DNA of 64,000 bases from a virus (IMGVR_UViG_3300014039_000032:6209-70208); one strand, 5' to 3'. Positions 9,265 through 19,240 are shown, counted from the first letter of the stretch. A program made the numbers and translations. Notes: generated by a model from the letters alone, not told the origin.

Positions 9265-9356
9265 TAGAGGTTGAGATAAGGTTGCAAACTTTCTCATTTA
9301 GGACAACGTGCTTACTCCGCGTTGTCCACTCTAATAAAAATTTCTTGAGTAAGGAG
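9265..9356 (+). ncRNA. Candidate cis-regulatory leader RNA (3-way junction plus SD-sequestering pseudoknot)
   Basis: TAGAG/CTCTA closing stem; TGAGA/TCTCA hairpin with GCAA loop; GGACAACGTG/CGCGTTGTCC hairpin whose loop CTTACTC is complementary to GAGTAAG (9347-9353), which overlaps the SD. Confidence 0.55.
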
Positions 9357-9364
9357 AATGTAAG

Positions 9365-9928
9365 ATGGAAGAAATCTGGAAAGATGTTGTTGGATATGAG
9401 GGTTTATACGAGGTAAGTAATCTTGGTAATGTGCGTAGCTTGTTTCGGTACAAGAAACAACTCAAGTGGAACGTCTTGAGTTCTGGCTATGCGACTGTTC
9501 AACTTTTCAAAGAAAAAGTTGGTACAAGATTGCTTGTACATCGACTTGTCGCCAAGGCATTCTTACCCAATCCAGATGGATTACCGGTCGTCAACCACAA
9601 AGACGAGAACAAATTAAATAATAGCGCGGACAATCTTGAGTGGTGTACTCAACAGTACAACTTAGCTTATAACGACGGGCATAGAAAAAGAGCCGACAAC
9701 ACGCGCTGGTTCTATGATGAAATGAGTGTAAGGTTCAAAGAAAATAATCCCGCTATAAAATTGCCAGTCGTTCAGATGAGTTTGTCTGGCGAATTTATAA
9801 AAGAATGGCCAAGCGCCAAAGATGCAGTTGTTGCGCTTGGCTATAAATCAGACCATATCTGTGAATGTTGCAAAGGGAAACGAGAGACATCTAATGGATT
9901 TAGATGGAAATATAAGGAGGTAATTTAA
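9365..9928 (+). CDS. Free-standing NUMOD4-HNH-NUMOD1 homing endonuclease
   Basis: EIWKDVVGYEGLYEVSNLGNVRS (NUMOD4), VHRLVA..F, VNHKDENKLNN..NLEWC (HNH), C-terminal SA..A..LG..I..CCKG (NUMOD1). Confidence 0.9.
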   Translation: MEEIWKDVVGYEGLYEVSNLGNVRSLFRYKKQLKWNVLSSGYATVQLFKEKVGTRLLVHRLVAKAFLPNPDGLPVVNHKDENKLNNSADNLEWCTQQYNLAYNDGHRKRADNTRWFYDEMSVRFKENNPAIKLPVVQMSLSGEFIKEWPSAKDAVVALGYKSDHICECCKGKRETSNGFRWKYKEVI

Positions 9929-10575
9929 TTGGGGTAGCTGTTTTGATTCTTGGTGAATCTGGCGCTGGCAAGTCGGCATCCATGCGTAACTTCGCGGAGA
10001 ATGATGTCCGCATCCTGAACGTGGCGTCTAAACCGCTGCCGTTCAGAAACGTCAACAAGCTCAAGAAAGCTGACAAGGCAACCTATGGCATGATTCGTGG
10101 CGCTGTCACGAGTGGCCAGACGTTGAGCTATGTGGTAGATGATGCTCAGTACCTCATGGCGTTTGAGAGCTTTGACAAGGTGAATGAAACAGGATATGGT
10201 AAGTTCACCACTATGGCCAAGAATTACGAAGAGATGTTGAGATGTATTCAGGAGGATACGCCGCCTGACACTATTGTCTACGTCATGCAGCACGTGGATG
10301 TTGACGAGAATGGCAAAGTAAAGGCCAAGACTCTTGGTAAGATGCTTGACCAGCAGCTCACGGTTGAGGGCTTGTTCACGATTGTTCTGCTTGCCAAGGC
10401 TGATGAACGCCGCCATTATTTCATCACCCAGTCTGACGGCACGAATCCGTGCAAGTCGCCGATGGGAATGTTCGACGAAGTTGAGATTGACAACGACCTC
10501 AAGATGGTCGATGACACCATCAGAGAATATTATGGGCTGAAGAAAAATACTGCGCCAGTCAAGGCGAGTAAATAA
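9928..10575 (+). CDS. AAA/P-loop ATPase (Sak4-like recombination family); probable ATT start
   Basis: Walker A GESGAGKS, VVDDAQY, KAKTLGKML; frame extends to ATT 9928, 7 nt after AAGGAGG. Confidence 0.75.
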   Translation: MGVAVLILGESGAGKSASMRNFAENDVRILNVASKPLPFRNVNKLKKADKATYGMIRGAVTSGQTLSYVVDDAQYLMAFESFDKVNETGYGKFTTMAKNYEEMLRCIQEDTPPDTIVYVMQHVDVDENGKVKAKTLGKMLDQQLTVEGLFTIVLLAKADERRHYFITQSDGTNPCKSPMGMFDEVEIDNDLKMVDDTIREYYGLKKNTAPVKASK

Positions 10576-10601
10576 AATTTTTGAAGCGAGGTTGAAGCGT
10601 A

Positions 10602-11237
10602 ATGAAGAAGATTGCAAATTGGGAAAACGTCAAGGAAAATAGCGGCTTTGCCAAGTTGCCTGTTGGCGGCTATATCGTTAAGATTCTGAATGTACAGGAT
10701 GTTCCTGAGAAGGAATATCTCAAGATTTCGTTCGATATCAATGAGGGTGAGCAGAAGGGCTTCTTTGGTAAGGCATACAAGGAAGATACGCGCTCGGACA
10801 AGAAATGGCCTGCCGCTGGCTCGTTTATCCGCTCTTACAAGGAAAGCGCCGCGCCGATGTTTAAGGGCTTCACGAACGCCATTGAAAATTCCAATAAGGG
10901 CTATAGCTGGAATTTTGAAGAGAAGAGCCTTGTTAATAAGGTCGTTGGATTGGTCGTGGGCGAGGAGGAATACCTCAACCAGAAGGGTCAGGTTCGCAAG
11001 CGCACCTATGTCAGTGCGGTTCGTTCTGTCGAGACCATCAAGAAGGGCGATTTCACCGTGCCTGAGCTGAAGAGGCTCGACGCGACTAAGGCATCCAGCA
11101 GTCAGACCAAGCAGGATGATTTTGTAAATCCTTTTGCAAACGACACGTCAGTTGACCCGTTTGCCAGCGTCCCCGCTCAGGATGCCCCCGCGGCAGATGA
11201 CACCGCGCCTTGGGATGACGCTAATCCTTTCGCGTAA
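10602..11237 (+). CDS. Putative phage ssDNA-binding protein
   Basis: Follows AAA gene; KLPVGGY.VKI start and acidic/aromatic tail DDTAPWDDANPFA typical of phage SSBs. Confidence 0.55.
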   Translation: MKKIANWENVKENSGFAKLPVGGYIVKILNVQDVPEKEYLKISFDINEGEQKGFFGKAYKEDTRSDKKWPAAGSFIRSYKESAAPMFKGFTNAIENSNKGYSWNFEEKSLVNKVVGLVVGEEEYLNQKGQVRKRTYVSAVRSVETIKKGDFTVPELKRLDATKASSSQTKQDDFVNPFANDTSVDPFASVPAQDAPAADDTAPWDDANPFA

Positions 11238-11254
11238 CCCCATAAAATTTTCTT

Positions 11255-11293
11255 AGAGGCGGGCTTGACAAAGGCTCGCCTCTTTGCTATAAT
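11255..11293 (+). promoter_or_regulatory. Hairpin overlapping sigmaA promoter
   Basis: AGAGGCGGGC/GCTCGCCTCT stem with TTGACA (11265) in the loop; TATAAT at 11288, N17, extended -10. Confidence 0.7.
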
Positions 11294-11316
11294 ATCCAAC
11301 AGGAGGTGATGAGCTG

Positions 11317-11949
11317 ATGGTTAATAGATTCTTAGCGGTAGGCAGTTTAAGCGAGTGCGCTATTCAATTCTATCGCACCCACATCAAGGTTCGCCTATCG
11401 CTTGAGGTCAACCATCAGGCCATCACCATGCAACAGACAATTAGCCGCAAATGGAACGCCGAGCAGTATCAGGCTCTGGGCAAGGCTATCCCTTATTTGC
11501 ATCCGCAGATTGAGGGAATTGTAACTAAGGGCGAGCATGACCACATATACGCCATGCCGTCATCAGACCAGCCAACGCGGCTTATGGTCAGCGGCAACAT
11601 CAACGAATGGCATGGGCGCATCTACTTTAACGCCCAATATATTCGCCCAGAGCCGCGAGCGCCTGATAGCACGATCATAGAGCTTGATGGCCAATGGGTA
11701 GATGGCCATAGGCTGGTCAACGTGGTTGGCGATTGGCCGCGAGAATTTCATCTGGATGCGCCTATTGGCTATGAGCGGCGTGCATATCGGCTAAAATTGA
11801 TATATTCTGGCGGCTATATAGAGCGAGATGGCGTTGTGGATATATCGAATTATGGTTTACAAGTGGTTGATTGCCAGCCGCTTGACGAATATATTGATGA
11901 CGAGCAGATGAAGAAAATTTTGCTTGAGCTTGAGATTATGGAGGGTTGA
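11317..11949 (+). CDS. Hypothetical protein, possibly OB-fold/SSB-like
   Basis: GGAGGTGA SD; start MVNRFLAVGSL loosely resembles SSB N-termini. Confidence 0.55.
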   Translation: MVNRFLAVGSLSECAIQFYRTHIKVRLSLEVNHQAITMQQTISRKWNAEQYQALGKAIPYLHPQIEGIVTKGEHDHIYAMPSSDQPTRLMVSGNINEWHGRIYFNAQYIRPEPRAPDSTIIELDGQWVDGHRLVNVVGDWPREFHLDAPIGYERRAYRLKLIYSGGYIERDGVVDISNYGLQVVDCQPLDEYIDDEQMKKILLELEIMEG

Positions 11950-11950
11950 T

Positions 11951-12301
11951 ATGGCAAGAAAGAAAAATGAATCAAGTCCAGATGTGGCTGAACGCAAAGC
12001 TCTGCTTAACTATATCAAGAGCCTTGACACTGATGCCAACTTTATCCTTATCACGGCACAGCTCAAGCGAATGTTGGCCGAAGGTATGACCTATACTGGC
12101 ATACGATATGCGCTATGGTATAGCATCAACGTCAGTGGCATGGACTATAAAGGCATGGGCATCATCCCATATGTTTATGACGAAGCCAAGAGATATTGGC
12201 AATGGCAACAGCAGATGAAGGCGCAAGTTGCTGGATGGAAACAAGCAGATGAAGACGCCGTGGTTGTTAAGCGGCAGAGAGAGGATGAGGTATTTACATG
12301 A
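11951..12301 (+). CDS. Hypothetical replication-module protein
   Basis: Directly upstream of and coupled to helicase. Confidence 0.6.
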   Translation: MARKKNESSPDVAERKALLNYIKSLDTDANFILITAQLKRMLAEGMTYTGIRYALWYSINVSGMDYKGMGIIPYVYDEAKRYWQWQQQMKAQVAGWKQADEDAVVVKRQREDEVFT

Positions 12302-13782
12302 GCGTATATGATTCACGGGCGGCGCGTCTATGCTTAGGCGCTATGCTCATCAAGCCTTCGCTTTGCCTTAGCGATAAATTCCCTATGGCCAAACAGGATT
12401 TTGAGCCGCAGATTTTCCATCTCAGGTTGTATCAGGCTATCACGGCGTTAGCCAAGCGTGGCGCTCAGAGCATTAGCGCGATGGATTGTTATACACTATG
12501 CGCGAATAACGCTGAAGTCAAGCGGGTGTTTGATGATAACAGCCTGACAGATTTCATCGACACCATCAAGCAGTTGGCCAGCGCGGACAACTTTGAGCTA
12601 TACTGGTCGTCTGTCCGTAAGGTAACCTTGCTCAGGGAATACGCTAAGGCCGGATTTGATATCAGCCGCTTTGAGCAGGATATGGCTAAGTGGAGTATCC
12701 AAGATATTCTCGACTACTATGACGGTTTAGCTATCAGCATCCGCAAGCAATTCTATCAGGACAAGAGCACCAAGGAAATGAAGGCGGGCGATGGCTTTGA
12801 GGCGATTAAAGAGCGGTTCAAGGATGAGCCAGCATTTGGCGCAACCACGTTTAGTCGATACCTCAACACAGCGGCAAGGGGTTGGCAGCGTGGCCAGTTG
12901 ACTATGCACGGCGCTGTTAGCGGCTCTGGTAAAACGGGTGTAGCGTTATACAATGCGGCGTTGGTTGCTTGTCCTGAGCTATGGGATGATGAGGCTGGAT
13001 GCTATCAGCCCAACCCATGTTATCAGCACAAAGCGGCGTTGTTTATCCAATATGAGCTGAACGACCAAGAGGAACTTACGCCTAAGCTCATTGGCTCTAT
13101 CAGCGGAGTTCAGACCTATCACATCCTCAATGGTCGCTATGAAGATGGCGAGGAAGAGCGCGTAGATAAAGCCATTGAAATCTTGCATCAATCCAGCATC
13201 TACCTTGTAACCATGCCGAGCTTTACAAATGACAAGCTCAAGGCGTGTATCAAGGAATATGCTACGCTGCATGATGTTGGGTATGTGGTCTTTGACTATG
13301 TGAGCCAACAGTCAACAGTTAGCAGTGATATCGCCAAGAAGAACGGCGTGGCTACTCGCTCAGACCAAGTGCTGTCAGATATTGTTTCAAACCTCAAGGA
13401 CATTGCGGTTGAAAATAACGTGGCGATTCTGACGTTCTGTCAGACCAATGCCAACGTGAACAATCAAGAAATTCTTGACGCAGGATGCTTGGCTGGTAGT
13501 CGCGCCATGCAGGATAAACTTGATGTTGGCGGCATCATTATGCCGTTGCGCCGTCAAGAGAAGGAAATCGTGGCTATGATGGTTGAGGCTGGCAAAGCGC
13601 CCATTGAGCCAAACCGCATCATCCATCTGTTTAAGGTTCGCTTTGGCAACCAGATTCAGCACCTCAAGATTTGGGGCAAGTTAGATTTGAACACAGGCAG
13701 ATGGACAGATTGTTGGTGTACAGATAGCGATAACAAGCCATACGAGATGCAAAGAACGAAGCTGGTATATGCCAATGATTGA
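12298..13782 (+). CDS. DnaB-like replicative helicase
   Basis: N-terminal DnaB-like domain; Walker A GAVSGSGKTG; VVFDY; QTN; SRAMQDKLD; KVRFG arginine finger. Confidence 0.85.
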   Translation: MSVYDSRAARLCLGAMLIKPSLCLSDKFPMAKQDFEPQIFHLRLYQAITALAKRGAQSISAMDCYTLCANNAEVKRVFDDNSLTDFIDTIKQLASADNFELYWSSVRKVTLLREYAKAGFDISRFEQDMAKWSIQDILDYYDGLAISIRKQFYQDKSTKEMKAGDGFEAIKERFKDEPAFGATTFSRYLNTAARGWQRGQLTMHGAVSGSGKTGVALYNAALVACPELWDDEAGCYQPNPCYQHKAALFIQYELNDQEELTPKLIGSISGVQTYHILNGRYEDGEEERVDKAIEILHQSSIYLVTMPSFTNDKLKACIKEYATLHDVGYVVFDYVSQQSTVSSDIAKKNGVATRSDQVLSDIVSNLKDIAVENNVAILTFCQTNANVNNQEILDAGCLAGSRAMQDKLDVGGIIMPLRRQEKEIVAMMVEAGKAPIEPNRIIHLFKVRFGNQIQHLKIWGKLDLNTGRWTDCWCTDSDNKPYEMQRTKLVYAND

Positions 13783-14830
13783 TATCCAATCCATCAAGAG
13801 CCAAATCAACGCCGACAACATTATCGACCTCATGGATTCGCTTGGAGCGGATTACAATTTTGCCTCAGCTCATCAAATCCACTTCAAGTCCATATGCCAT
13901 GGCTCTGATAGCTATAAGCTATGGTGGTATGATGACGATGCTGGAGGTCATTTACATTGTCACAGGGATGGCGAGAACTGGGACGTAATCGGCTTTGTTC
14001 AATTCGTCAAGCATATGGACTTCTTGCCAGCGGTTGAGTATATATGCCAGACACTTGGTATCAATGCCGCTGAGGTAAACGAGCGTTCGGATGTTGACCC
14101 GTGGCAGAAAGAATTGCGCCGCTGGTTGCCAAACGCCGAAGTCGAGCCTGAGCCGCTTACCACTTATGACCAAAGCGTGTTACGGTTGTTCAAGCCCATC
14201 CCCCATAGGTCATGGCTTGATGATGGTATCAGCAGAGCGGCTATGCGCAAATTCAGCATAGGCTGGTATGGGCGCAATGCCCAAATCGCCATCCCTGTGC
14301 ATGACCCTGATGGCAATCTTGTGGGCATCCATGCTCGTAATACACGCCGAGCCATTGTTGATACTGGGCGCAAATACGAGCCGCTCAGAACCTTGACGCA
14401 AGATTATCGTTTCCCAACTGGACGTGTATGCTATGGACTATATGAGAACCAAGCCGCAATCAAGGCAAGCCATGAGGTCACGATATTTGAAGCGCCCAAG
14501 TCAACCTTGCAGATAGCATCCATGCTTGGCGATGATGCGGCTTGCGTTTCGTTATTTGGCTGGAATTGCAACAAGCTGCGGCGTGATATGCTCCTTGACC
14601 TTGGCATCCAGCGGATCAACATAGCGCTTGACCGGCAGTACCATGAGACAAGAGGTGGTGAGTTCGGCGTATATGTTCGACAAGTCAAGAAGATTGCCAA
14701 TCTCTTCAAGCCATATTGTCAAGTGGCGATAATCTGGGATAAGCAAGACCGCCTTGGATACAAGGACTCGCCCAGCGACAAAGGGTTTGAGGTTTGGAAT
14801 AAATTATATCAAGAGAGGACGATTCTATGA
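13769..14830 (+). CDS. DNA primase (Zn-binding plus TOPRIM)
   Basis: ICHGSDS...HCH Zn ligands, IAIPVHD..G.LVG..AR, IFEAPKS, IALD. Confidence 0.85.
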   Translation: MPMIDIQSIKSQINADNIIDLMDSLGADYNFASAHQIHFKSICHGSDSYKLWWYDDDAGGHLHCHRDGENWDVIGFVQFVKHMDFLPAVEYICQTLGINAAEVNERSDVDPWQKELRRWLPNAEVEPEPLTTYDQSVLRLFKPIPHRSWLDDGISRAAMRKFSIGWYGRNAQIAIPVHDPDGNLVGIHARNTRRAIVDTGRKYEPLRTLTQDYRFPTGRVCYGLYENQAAIKASHEVTIFEAPKSTLQIASMLGDDAACVSLFGWNCNKLRRDMLLDLGIQRINIALDRQYHETRGGEFGVYVRQVKKIANLFKPYCQVAIIWDKQDRLGYKDSPSDKGFEVWNKLYQERTIL

Positions 14831-15003
14831 GTTGCGAATATGAGCATCGGTTTGAGCGAATCACTGGTTGGCGTGACGCCAATACGCCCATCACGTCCAA
14901 GGCGTGTTTATGTTGGGCTGAGAAAGAACCGCCTGATTGCCCCTACTTTTTGGATGATAACCAGAAAGATTGCCCAAGATACAAAGAAAAAATTTCAGAA
15001 TAG
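14827..15003 (+). CDS. Small Cys-rich hypothetical protein (58 aa)
   Basis: Read manually: MSCEYEHR...DCPRYKEKISE; ATGA-coupled to primase stop. Confidence 0.45.
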   Translation: MSCEYEHRFERITGWRDANTPITSKACLCWAEKEPPDCPYFLDDNQKDCPRYKEKISE

Positions 15004-15007
15004 CCCC

Positions 15008-15036
15008 TTGACATCCTCCTTATGGTTTGGTATGAT
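15008..15036 (+). promoter_or_regulatory. sigmaA-type promoter
   Basis: TTGACA-N17-TATGAT with extended -10 TG. Confidence 0.7.
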
Positions 15037-15067
15037 TGTGATATCAAATCATAGGGAGGTTTTGTTT

Positions 15068-15331
15068 ATGAGCTACAACGAGTGGCTGACTGAGGTTTGT
15101 AAGCACACCGAAGACTTGATGGATTGCACTACGCAAATTTATGGATATGGCGTTCGTCTTAAATTCAAGCCGTTTGGCACAATACTTTGGTCGATGATGT
15201 TCGAGGAAAGCTGGCTTGGCGAGGAATATAATCTCTACGCCAATCCCAAAGCTACGGCATACAACATGGCCATCCTCGTTCGCCGTGAATGGTGGAAGGT
15301 CATCTCCAGAAAGGACGAACACAATGATTGA
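15068..15331 (+). CDS. Hypothetical protein
   Basis: GGAGG SD; downstream of promoter at 15008. Confidence 0.6.
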   Translation: MSYNEWLTEVCKHTEDLMDCTTQIYGYGVRLKFKPFGTILWSMMFEESWLGEEYNLYANPKATAYNMAILVRREWWKVISRKDEHND

Positions 15332-16940
15332 CTACCGTTCTTTTGGTATCACCTATAAAGCAAATCAGACCAAGCTTCACAAGCTCTACAAAGAGGATGT
15401 TAAGTGGTTCAAAGAAGCCATTCACGCCAACCCGTATCATGTCCTCATTGACCAAGCTGGCATGAGCTGGGCTAAAGCAGACGAGTTGGCTGTAAGCAGA
15501 TATTGCAAACGAGACGATTACAACCGATGTTGCTATGCCGTCTATGAAGCCCTCAAAGCCAATGAACAGCATGGCAATACGCGTATGATTGATTCAGAAC
15601 TTGCTCGCGATGTTCACAAACTTGCGCCAGAGGTTATCCCCATTATTGTCAAAGTCGTTAGCGATGACCCACGCATATGGTATGATGCAGCTCGTCATCT
15701 GGTAGCGCTGAGTGGTACGCATAGAGCCGAGCAGAACATCGCCGAGCATATCAAGCGGCGGCTCAAAGCCAAGCGTGAGGATATTGTCAATCGCGCCAAG
15801 CATGAGGGGCTTACAGATGAGCAGTTCAGCGCTGTAGAGCTTGCCATTAACCGCGATGTGTCGATGCTCAATGGCTATGCTGGCTCAGGCAAGAGCTTCA
15901 CGACCAAGGCCATTATCGCCGAGCTTGAAGACCGTTGGCTTAGCTATCAACTCCTTGCTCCTACTGGCATTGCCGCTAAGGTGCTACGTGGCTATACTGG
16001 GCGTCAAGCCATGACCATCCACATGTTCTTGACTGGACCATGGAAGCCGGACTATATTATCATCGACGAGGCAAGCATGGTATCGGTTCATCTGCTGTCG
16101 GCGTTGCTTGATGCCGTTGGTAATAAGCCGCGCTTGGTATTCGTGGCCGATAATGCTCAGCTTGCATCTATTCAATGCGGCTCGGTGGTTCAGGATATTA
16201 TTGACAGCGGTGTTGTTCCGCGTACACAACTTAACAAGATTTTCCGCTATAATTCGAGCGGCATTGTCACCATAGCAACTGATATGCGGCAAGGTAGTTG
16301 CGAGCATTTGACGCAGGATTTTCCCGATTATTTATTTGAGCATGAGAACAATTCTGAGCCTGTCCAGCAAGTGGTTCGGCATTATGAAGCTCTGATGGCT
16401 CAAGGCTATACGCTTGATGATATCATGGTGTTATGTCCATTTAACAAGAATGTTGGTGCAGACGCCATCAACGCGGCTGTAAGCGAGTTTGTTAATCCAA
16501 ACCCGACTGTCCGCAAGAACAGCATCATCAAAATTGGCGACAAAGTTATCAACATCAAGAACGATTACTCGGCTGGTGTAGACAACTTCATTGCTAATGG
16601 CGATATTGGCTATCTGCGAGAGTATCAACCCGTGCGTGGCGACGATGATATTGTGTTGGTAAATTTTGACAATGGTGAGCATAATGTTGGCAGTCTCGCT
16701 CGGCTCAAACAAGCATATGCGCTTAGTGTCCATAAGAGCCAAGGTAGCTCGGCTAATGTGGTCATCGTGCTGATTGACCCAAGCCATGGCTTCTTCCTCT
16801 CAAAAAATCTCATGTACGTTGCAGTTACTCGTGCACGTGAGAAGCTGATTGTAATTGGTGACGAGGATACCATTGCTGAAGGTATCAAGCGTGAAGAGCA
16901 GCTTGAAAGAAATACGGGGCTTATGGAAATGTTGGCTTGA
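15324..16940 (+). CDS. recD2: RecD2/TraA-like SF1B helicase
   Basis: NGYAGSGKS, APTGIAA, IIDEASM, QLASI, HKSQGS, YVAVTRAR. Confidence 0.9.
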   Translation: MIDYRSFGITYKANQTKLHKLYKEDVKWFKEAIHANPYHVLIDQAGMSWAKADELAVSRYCKRDDYNRCCYAVYEALKANEQHGNTRMIDSELARDVHKLAPEVIPIIVKVVSDDPRIWYDAARHLVALSGTHRAEQNIAEHIKRRLKAKREDIVNRAKHEGLTDEQFSAVELAINRDVSMLNGYAGSGKSFTTKAIIAELEDRWLSYQLLAPTGIAAKVLRGYTGRQAMTIHMFLTGPWKPDYIIIDEASMVSVHLLSALLDAVGNKPRLVFVADNAQLASIQCGSVVQDIIDSGVVPRTQLNKIFRYNSSGIVTIATDMRQGSCEHLTQDFPDYLFEHENNSEPVQQVVRHYEALMAQGYTLDDIMVLCPFNKNVGADAINAAVSEFVNPNPTVRKNSIIKIGDKVINIKNDYSAGVDNFIANGDIGYLREYQPVRGDDDIVLVNFDNGEHNVGSLARLKQAYALSVHKSQGSSANVVIVLIDPSHGFFLSKNLMYVAVTRAREKLIVIGDEDTIAEGIKREEQLERNTGLMEMLA

Positions 16941-16965
16941 CAATCACACATCCATTTGATATAAT
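16937..16965 (+). promoter_or_regulatory. sigmaA-type promoter of nucleotide-metabolism operon
   Basis: TTGACA-N17-TATAAT with extended -10; -35 overlaps recD2 stop. Confidence 0.8.
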
Positions 16966-16999
16966 CTAATGTGCCAAGAGGCAGAAAGGAGGAAACGCC

Positions 17000-17206
17000 A
17001 TGACAGTAGCCGAACTTATCTGGAAGCTCTTGTACTATCCATACGATATGGAGGTCAAGGTCTGCGTAAGGCCGAGAGTTGAACCAGCAGCAAGTGTAGG
17101 AGAGAGTGTCGACATCGACACAAACAAAACATCAGTAGTTATCTACGGCGATAAGCCCTATGATATGTTTAAGGAGGTATCAGCAATTGCAAGTTACAAA
17201 GCGTGA
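17000..17206 (+). CDS. Small hypothetical protein
   Basis: AAGGAGG SD; 68 aa. Confidence 0.55.
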   Translation: MTVAELIWKLLYYPYDMEVKVCVRPRVEPAASVGESVDIDTNKTSVVIYGDKPYDMFKEVSAIASYKA

Positions 17207-18416
17207 TGGCCGTAAGGTCGAATTTGATTCAGACAAGATTGTCAAGGCAATCACCAAGGCGTTTGTCGAGGTTTATCCTGATGGCGTGACAAACGAGATG
17301 CAGGAATGCGCTCATAAGATTGCCGGTGAGGTTGCGGCGAAAGACGGCATGACGGTTGAAGAAATTCAGGATGCCGTAGTTCGCAAGCTCATGGCAAGCA
17401 AGTGGAAAGACGTGGCCAAGACATACGTTGAATATCGCTATTTGCATCAGATGGCGCGTAGCCAGTATGCCCAGCTCATGGACGCCATTGCCGAGAAGCT
17501 GGAGGCAAGAGATGTTAAGAACCAGAACGCCAATGTTGACGAGCATAGCTTTGGCGGTCGCGTAGGCGAGGCCAGCAGCGTAGTCAATAAGAAGTACGCA
17601 CTGGAATATCTGGTGTCGCCTATGGCCAAGGCAAACCATAACAACAACGAGGTCTATATTCACGACCTTGACAGTTATGCGGTTGGAATGCACAACTGCT
17701 TGTCGATTCCGTTTGATGACCTGTTAGCCAATGGATTTAACACTCGCCAGACAGATGTTCGCCCTGCTCAGAGCATCAACACGGCGTTCCAGCTTGTGGC
17801 GGTCATCTTCCAGCTCCAGAGCCTTCAGCAGTTTGGCGGTGTAAGTGCAACACATCTCGACTGGACGATGGTTCCTTATGTGAGAAAGAGCTTTTGGAAA
17901 CATTTCAAAGATGGCCTTGTTTATATCCAGAAAGAACCTCGCCCTACCGATGACCACTTTAACCCTGATTGTCCCATTGACGCAGAAATCTATAAAGTAG
18001 CTGACAAAGCGTATGAGTATGCTATTGATATGACAACCAAGGAGTGCTATCAAGCCGTTGAAGGTATGTACCACAACCTCAATACGCTCCAGAGCCGTTC
18101 TGGCAATCAGCTGCCGTTCAGCTCTATCAACTATGGTACGTGCACATTGCCTGAAGGCCGCATGGTCATCAAGGCATTGCTCGATGTTTCCATTAAGGGT
18201 ATGGGCAAGCTTCACAAGACCAGCATCTTCCCTTGCGGCATCTTCCAATGCATGAACGGCGTGAATCGGCATGAAGGCGAACCCAATTATGACCTGTTCA
18301 GACTGGCACTCAAGTCTACGAGTCTGCGGCTTTACCCCAACTATGCCAACGTCGATTGGTCTGGCAATGCTGGCTATGACCGCAATGACCCAAAGACGTA
18401 TTTCAGCACTATGGGT
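17187..18416 (+). CDS. nrdD: Anaerobic ribonucleoside-triphosphate reductase, exon 1 (ATP cone to ...YFSTMG)
   Basis: TTG after AAGGAGG; ATP cone VTKRDG; ENANVD-like KNQNANVD, HNC, FSSINYG; stops at MG of the MGCRT motif. Confidence 0.92.
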
Positions 18417-19240
18417 TAAGAAAACACCACAGCCCATATAAAACTTCGTGAACCTGTGAAACGCAGGGTGTGGAATCAGCGCAAAGTTCGAGCAGGATAA
18501 TGGCTCGTTAATGATTCTGCTAACAGGGAAGGCTTGCGTGAGAACGCAAGATAATCGCTGTGCTAAAACATAATCAAACAAAATTTTAAAATGAGGAGGT
18601 GACAATGGATGTTCAGAAAATATAAAGGATTTTTGGTTGATGATAATTTCAACTTTTATAATGCTCGTACTGGCAATATGGTTACGCCGTTTGTCGGCAG
18701 TGATGGATATTTTCAAGTAACTCGGTCAAGAGCCGATGGTAGCCACTATCATATTCGAGTTCATGTTGCTCTCGCCACGCTGTTTATTCCAAATCCAAAC
18801 GGATATAGATATGTAAATCACAAAGATTCTAATAAATTAAACAACTCTCTTGAAAATCTTGAATGGTGTACCAATAGCTATAACGTGCAACATGGTTGGG
18901 ATAGTGGCAACCGGACACACAAGAATAGAACAAAAGTTAGAGTTATCGGCCAAGACGGAAATGAAAAAATCTTTGATTCTATTCGACAATGTGGTGAAGC
19001 GCTCCATCTCGACCGCCATAAGATTGCAAGAATTCTAAAGGGCGAGTTTGTAAACCACTACAATTATCGATTTGATTATGTTATGTGAAGAGACTATCGA
19101 AAGGGTATCTGATGTGTAATTTGGGTTGCATCAGAGAGTAACCGAGTAGAGTACCCAACAGGTGAAATTCCTGTTGCTGGGAAGCGCGAAGTACTAACCA
19201 AATAGTAAAGATATAGTCCAACGATGTGAAAGCATCGTTG
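18417..19240 (+). mobile_element. Group I intron 1 of nrdD (IA2-like)
   Basis: 5' exon ends in U, P1 ATGGGT/GCCCAT, P7 GACTA/TAGTC (AAGATATAGTCC at about 19208), omega G 19240; splicing restores MG|CRT. Confidence 0.9.
18609..19088 (+). CDS. Intron-encoded HNH homing endonuclease
   Basis: RVHVALATLF, VNHKDSNKLNNSLENLEWC; GAGGAGG SD. Confidence 0.88.
   Translation: MFRKYKGFLVDDNFNFYNARTGNMVTPFVGSDGYFQVTRSRADGSHYHIRVHVALATLFIPNPNGYRYVNHKDSNKLNNSLENLEWCTNSYNVQHGWDSGNRTHKNRTKVRVIGQDGNEKIFDSIRQCGEALHLDRHKIARILKGEFVNHYNYRFDYVM

Noticed and set aside
9187-9276. 29-codon ORF between the tandem promoters
   Set aside because: Weak SD; it runs through the second promoter and the RNA leader.
9265-9356. 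Hammerhead or HDV-like ribozyme identity for the HNH leaders
   Set aside because: No CUGANGA/GAAA core or HDV nested double pseudoknot is evident.
4985-16940. Inteins in DnaE, DnaB-like helicase or RecD2
   Set aside because: Lengths are normal and no C...HN splice motifs or LAGLIDADG blocks were seen.
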